Below are positions 28,203 to 31,380 of a stretch of 31,380 nt of DNA, piece by piece; position 1 is the first letter of the stretch; each line of letters opens with the position of its first letter. The position numbers were made by a program, and so were the translations under genes. The stretch is from Bacillota bacterium (GTDB lineage Bacteria; Bacillota; JAAYKD01). The DNA is taken from positions 1 to 31,380 of the forward strand of contig CAXXTX010000015.1 in the NCBI GenBank assembly GCA_963666425.2. The letters run 5' to 3'. The notes beneath the pieces were generated by a model that saw nothing but the letters and a program-made list of their open reading frames with translations, was not told the origin of the DNA and searched no databases.

Positions 28203-28232
28203 ATCATATCACATCATATCATATCATATCAT
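28203..28232. repeat. (ATCAT)6 microsatellite
   Basis: ATCAT ATCAC ATCAT ATCAT ATCAT ATCAT, overlapping the stop codon at 28229. Confidence 0.8.
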
Positions 28233-29107
28233 TGCGTTTCTAACTTAGTTTCACTCAACCCCTCGTCATGAGATTCTTTAGCCACATAGTCAAGACTCAT
28301 TTCAGGTAATTCTGCTGTGTCTGGTATAGGATAAATTGCATTTAGTGCATACCCAATTGGATAACCCATATTATCATGTCCTACAATCCGACTTGGACCC
28401 CCTAGCGAAAAACCTGAATCCGATTTAAAATTCACCTTAGATTTACTAACTATAACTCCGATTAAATAATCATTATTAAACTCTGGAATAATAGAATATC
28501 TGAAAACAGTCCCTGGAATTTCAAAATTATAATGCTTAACTGCAAGATAGTATTTACCGTTCGAAATTCGAAGGTAAGGTCCTACATCTTTCCTGGAAAA
28601 AAGATAACCTTCAATAAGATATGAATCATGTGTAGTAGCAATAGATTTCCGGCTATAGTACTCGTGAAACTTTAGAGGACTTTCATCCTTTTTTTTATTA
28701 GACCACGCCTTAAAATTGTTTAACCCCATAAATTAATCGCAAATGTTGGTCCAGTTGATATTGGTTTATTCAGTGGGGGAATAAATATTCCAAGTCCTTT
28801 AGGTTCACCTGTTTCAGGATCTATACCTGAGCAAATTGAACCTTGAATATCCGAGGAAAATTGGCAGAATCCACCATGATGGATGCTAAGCTTCGGTCTC
28901 TGAGATGCATAAAACTCTTGAATTAATGAATCTCTTGGTATTCTTATGATTTCTGGGTATCTATAAGTGATCGGTGTTTTCATTAATATTCCTTTTCCCA
29001 TATTATGGTATGGAACAACTACTGAAAAACCACCATCTGATAAAAAAAATTATTGTCGTTACCTTAACACCTTTTTCTTTTTCGAAGAGAACTATAGGAT
29101 ATTTCAT
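28229..29107 (-). pseudogene. Hypothetical ~292-aa protein split by two homopolymer frameshifts
   Basis: ATG 29107 after AAAGGTGA. Removing one base from the 8-nt run at 29042-29049 and adding one to the 4-nt run at 28724-28727 joins MKYPIVLF..., ORF 28720-29001 and ORF 28229-28729 into one frame. Confidence 0.65.
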
Positions 29108-29140
29108 CCAGATCACCTTTTTTCAAAAAACTCAAGCCAA

Positions 29141-29770
29141 TCAAAAATACTTCTCAAAAAACTTCTGAGTTTTTCGATTACACACTGCTTTTTTCTTTGA
29201 CCGGTCTCCGGAGAAGCGTGAAACCAGCGGTAGGATTTTATCAATACTTGTGCCCGTTGTTTTCAGAGCGCCATCGCGGAAAGAACCCGATAAGAATCTG
29301 CGGGTTTCCTCCGGTTTCAGCTTTTCGTTTTGAATGAGTGCAGCTAAGTCACTCTCTTTTTGCACTTCCACAAAAGTATACCAATCGTCATCCACATTGG
29401 TGGAGGTATTGACCTGCTTAATAAAGCCTTCAATTAATTCCTTCTTGCTGCGAAGTGCCATGCTGGAACCGATGGCTCTGTCAATTGTGGTAAGGATATT
29501 TTTATCCGTACAATGGGATTCATGGTACTTTGATACCAGCAGCAGGATATAATCAATGTTGACTTCCACCTGCTTGATCAGTTCAATTTCAAATACAATG
29601 TCTTCGTTGATGTTTGCTTTGTCGGTGGCTTTTCCACCCGTGATTTCGTAAATGCTTTGGTAATCCTAGAAATTCCGCTCAAAAAGGATTTCATTACTGG
29701 CATAATCGTCAAAGGCAAACAGGACATTCTTCAGCCGCAGAATCGCGCCAAAAAGCCGGATGAAACCCTT
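29141..29770 (-). pseudogene. hsdR: C-terminal remnant of a type I restriction enzyme R subunit
   Basis: FIRLFGAILRLKNVL..FDD....IL.ERNF*DYQSIY...EDIVFEIELIKQVEVNIDYIL...LRSKKELIEGFI...TTGT.IDKILP.VSRF...FFEKYF. In-frame TAG at 29666-29668; no helicase or nuclease domains. Confidence 0.88.
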
Positions 29771-30196
29771 CCTTCAACTGAGTCAGCACCAAGGAGGTGA
29801 TATCAAAGCGTGGATCGGGATAAGCACATTCATAAATGTCAATTTCCCATCTCATTCCTCCCTATTTATTAAAATTTGCACAGTAGAAACTTTTCTGCCA
29901 CAACTAGAATCTCCTTGGTTTATTATTCTTTTTTTTGAAACACATCGAGAGGAATAGCTAATTGCTTTTTGAGAAAACCATTTCAGTTCGAAACCATCTC
30001 AATCCAGAAAATCCTCTTTTATGATTGCATAATGGCTGCTTCGCTTGTTTATCTCCTTGTCTGATTTGGTATCTTTCCCTTAAAATTGATAATATCGTTC
30101 TTTTTATTTTAAATCCTTTCTTGGTAATAAGATTCCTTCCTTTTTTAATTTATTATTAGAACGTAGGGAACACTGCTCAATCAATCTGAAATATCA

Positions 30197-30245
30197 AAAA
30201 AGGTGCTTGGTTCGTTACATCATGCAACGAACCAAGCACCTTTTT
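30197..30245. terminator. Long bidirectional terminator-like hairpin
   Basis: 20-bp perfect stem AAAAAGGTGCTTGGTTCGTT / AACGAACCAAGCACCTTTTT. Confidence 0.65.
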
Positions 30246-30362
30246 ACAATTTGCAAATATCATTACCGTGCTATATATGGATCCACAGGGACGGCGGTAT
30301 TGGCTCATCCGATTCCTGCATTCTTTCGCATGACGTTTAAGTTTCGTTCTTTGACGAAATCG

Positions 30363-30842
30363 TTAAGACAGAATGTTTGGTGCCACAACCCCCGTCCCTT
30401 TGGCCTCGATTAGATTTCGGGCAAAATTCTGCGCATTTTCGATGTCTTCTGCGTTCGGATGCCCTTTTGCAATTCCACCGAAAAATTTAAGAAGGCCAAA
30501 GGTATCAAATCCCTTACAGTAAAACTCCCGATTACTTTTGCCTTTTTTCTTTTCCAGCATACTGGTCATACTGTCGTTATACTTGATACTCCCCCCATCC
30601 ACTGGTCGAAAATACAAAACATTCTTGTTTTCCCAATTAACACTATCTATTATTTCTGCTATATCCTTTTAATTTTTCCTCCATAGATTCCAGAACCGAT
30701 CCGATTGTATCATACTTGCTGATTTTCCCTTTTTTGAAGTCTTTGGATTTCACGGTATCTGCCCAAGCACTTTCGCCATAGCAAGTGCAACCTTTTCTGT
30801 ATTGCTGTGATGAAACGATGTATAAATCATTAATGTTTTCAT
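30363..30842 (-). pseudogene. Flavodoxin family protein, multiply frameshifted
   Basis: ATG 30842 after GAGGAG gives MKTLMIYTSFHHSNTEKVALAMAKVLG. Later pieces in other frames: GSGIYGG and FYCKGFDTFGLLKFFGGIAKGHPNAEDIENAQNFA. Confidence 0.8.
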
Positions 30843-30964
30843 AAGTACTCTCCTCGTATCATTATCTTATATTTTATGTTGCCAAATTCCACATCAAATT
30901 ATGATTACCTTCATTTACACCTAAAATCACACGGTAGGGAGCAATGATTTATCGTTTTGCCCAA

Positions 30965-31027
30965 TGTACCAAGGGGACGGGGGGTGTTGGCACCCACTTG
31001 TGCCAACACCCCCGTCCCCTTGGTACA
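30965..31027. repeat. GC-rich long inverted repeat (second palindrome family)
   Basis: TGTACCAAGGGGACGGGGGGTGTTGGCAC-ccactt-GTGCCAACACCCCCGTCCCCTTGGTACA; ~28-bp stem with one bulged G, 8 nt after the GH3 stop. Related half-copy at 30380-30403. Confidence 0.8.
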
Positions 31028-31035
31028 CTTTTGTA

Positions 31036-31380
31036 TTATTTGATCACACCGAGAGCGAGTTTCCATTCCAGGATTCTGATGACCGATTCATCGATTCTGC
31101 TCTCAGAGATGGTTCCCTGCTCAACGGCAGCCAGAACAGCGGGGATCTGTTGTTCAAAGTTTGTGGCAATCAAGAGATCATTGCCCGCCTGAATCGCCAA
31201 GACCGCAGCCTCACTGACTCCTGTGTATTCCTTAATGGCATCCATACTTAAATCATCAGTCATCACAACCCCGGTAAAGCCAAGTCCTTTTCTCAAAATT
31301 TCATGGATCGCGGCAGAAAGAGAGGCTGGATGTTCCTGATCCACACTCGTGATAATATTATGACTGACCATGATACTGCC
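31036..31380 (-). CDS. Glycoside hydrolase family 3 (beta-N-acetylhexosaminidase-like), C-terminal part; 5' end outside the window
   Basis: MVSH, PASLS, LRKGLGFTGVVMTDDLSMDAI, AIQAGNDLL, RIDESVIRIL..K. Confidence 0.9.
   Translation of the reverse strand, partial: GSIMVSHNIITSVDQEHPASLSAAIHEILRKGLGFTGVVMTDDLSMDAIKEYTGVSEAAVLAIQAGNDLLIATNFEQQIPAVLAAVEQGTISESRIDESVIRILEWKLALGVIK

Noticed and set aside
29760-30413. Short ORFs 29760-29957 and 30207-30413
   Set aside because: No convincing RBS or motifs; one starts within a terminator hairpin.
1-31380. RAYT/IS200-like transposase, tRNA or rRNA genes
   Set aside because: No ORF with a HUH/Y1 signature and no recognisable structural RNA gene was seen in the window.

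Overview
This window looks like the chromosome of an anaerobic Bacillota (Firmicutes) organism. Positions 1-25.2 kb are mostly housekeeping and fermentation genes: DUF1294, fba, deoB, a buk-ptb-buk-ATPase-2-oxoacid:ferredoxin oxidoreductase operon, an orphan HATPase-like gene, cinA, rimO, ygiQ, ftsK, rnj, an M42 peptidase, a D-2-hydroxyacid dehydrogenase and an AstE/AspA-family hydrolase. Two convergent intergenic regions (~1.7-2.95 kb and ~23.36-24.18 kb) hold large non-coding arrays built on the same 26-nt GTAG-hairpin (GTAGGGAACGGTC-TT-GACCGTTCCGC). One array has mixed, REPIN/BIME-like orientation; the other is a head-to-tail array with 155/159-bp period. No cognate RAYT/HUH transposase is in the window. 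Gene ends are duplicated in three places: the last 13 codons of deoB x6, the 3' end of the oxidoreductase gamma gene, and the 5' end of the dehydrogenase. From ~25.5 to 30.9 kb there is an AT-rich, decaying accessory island with IS256 remnants, a ThsB-like TIR gene paired with a nucleoside-deoxyribosyltransferase-like/TPR (DUF4071-like) gene, an unknown ~292-aa frameshifted gene, a type I RM hsdR remnant and a flavodoxin pseudogene. A GH3 gene is cut by the window end. The best candidates for undescribed systems are the TIR + NDT/TPR pair and the GTAG-hairpin arrays. All family assignments come from motif recognition by eye; no searches were run.
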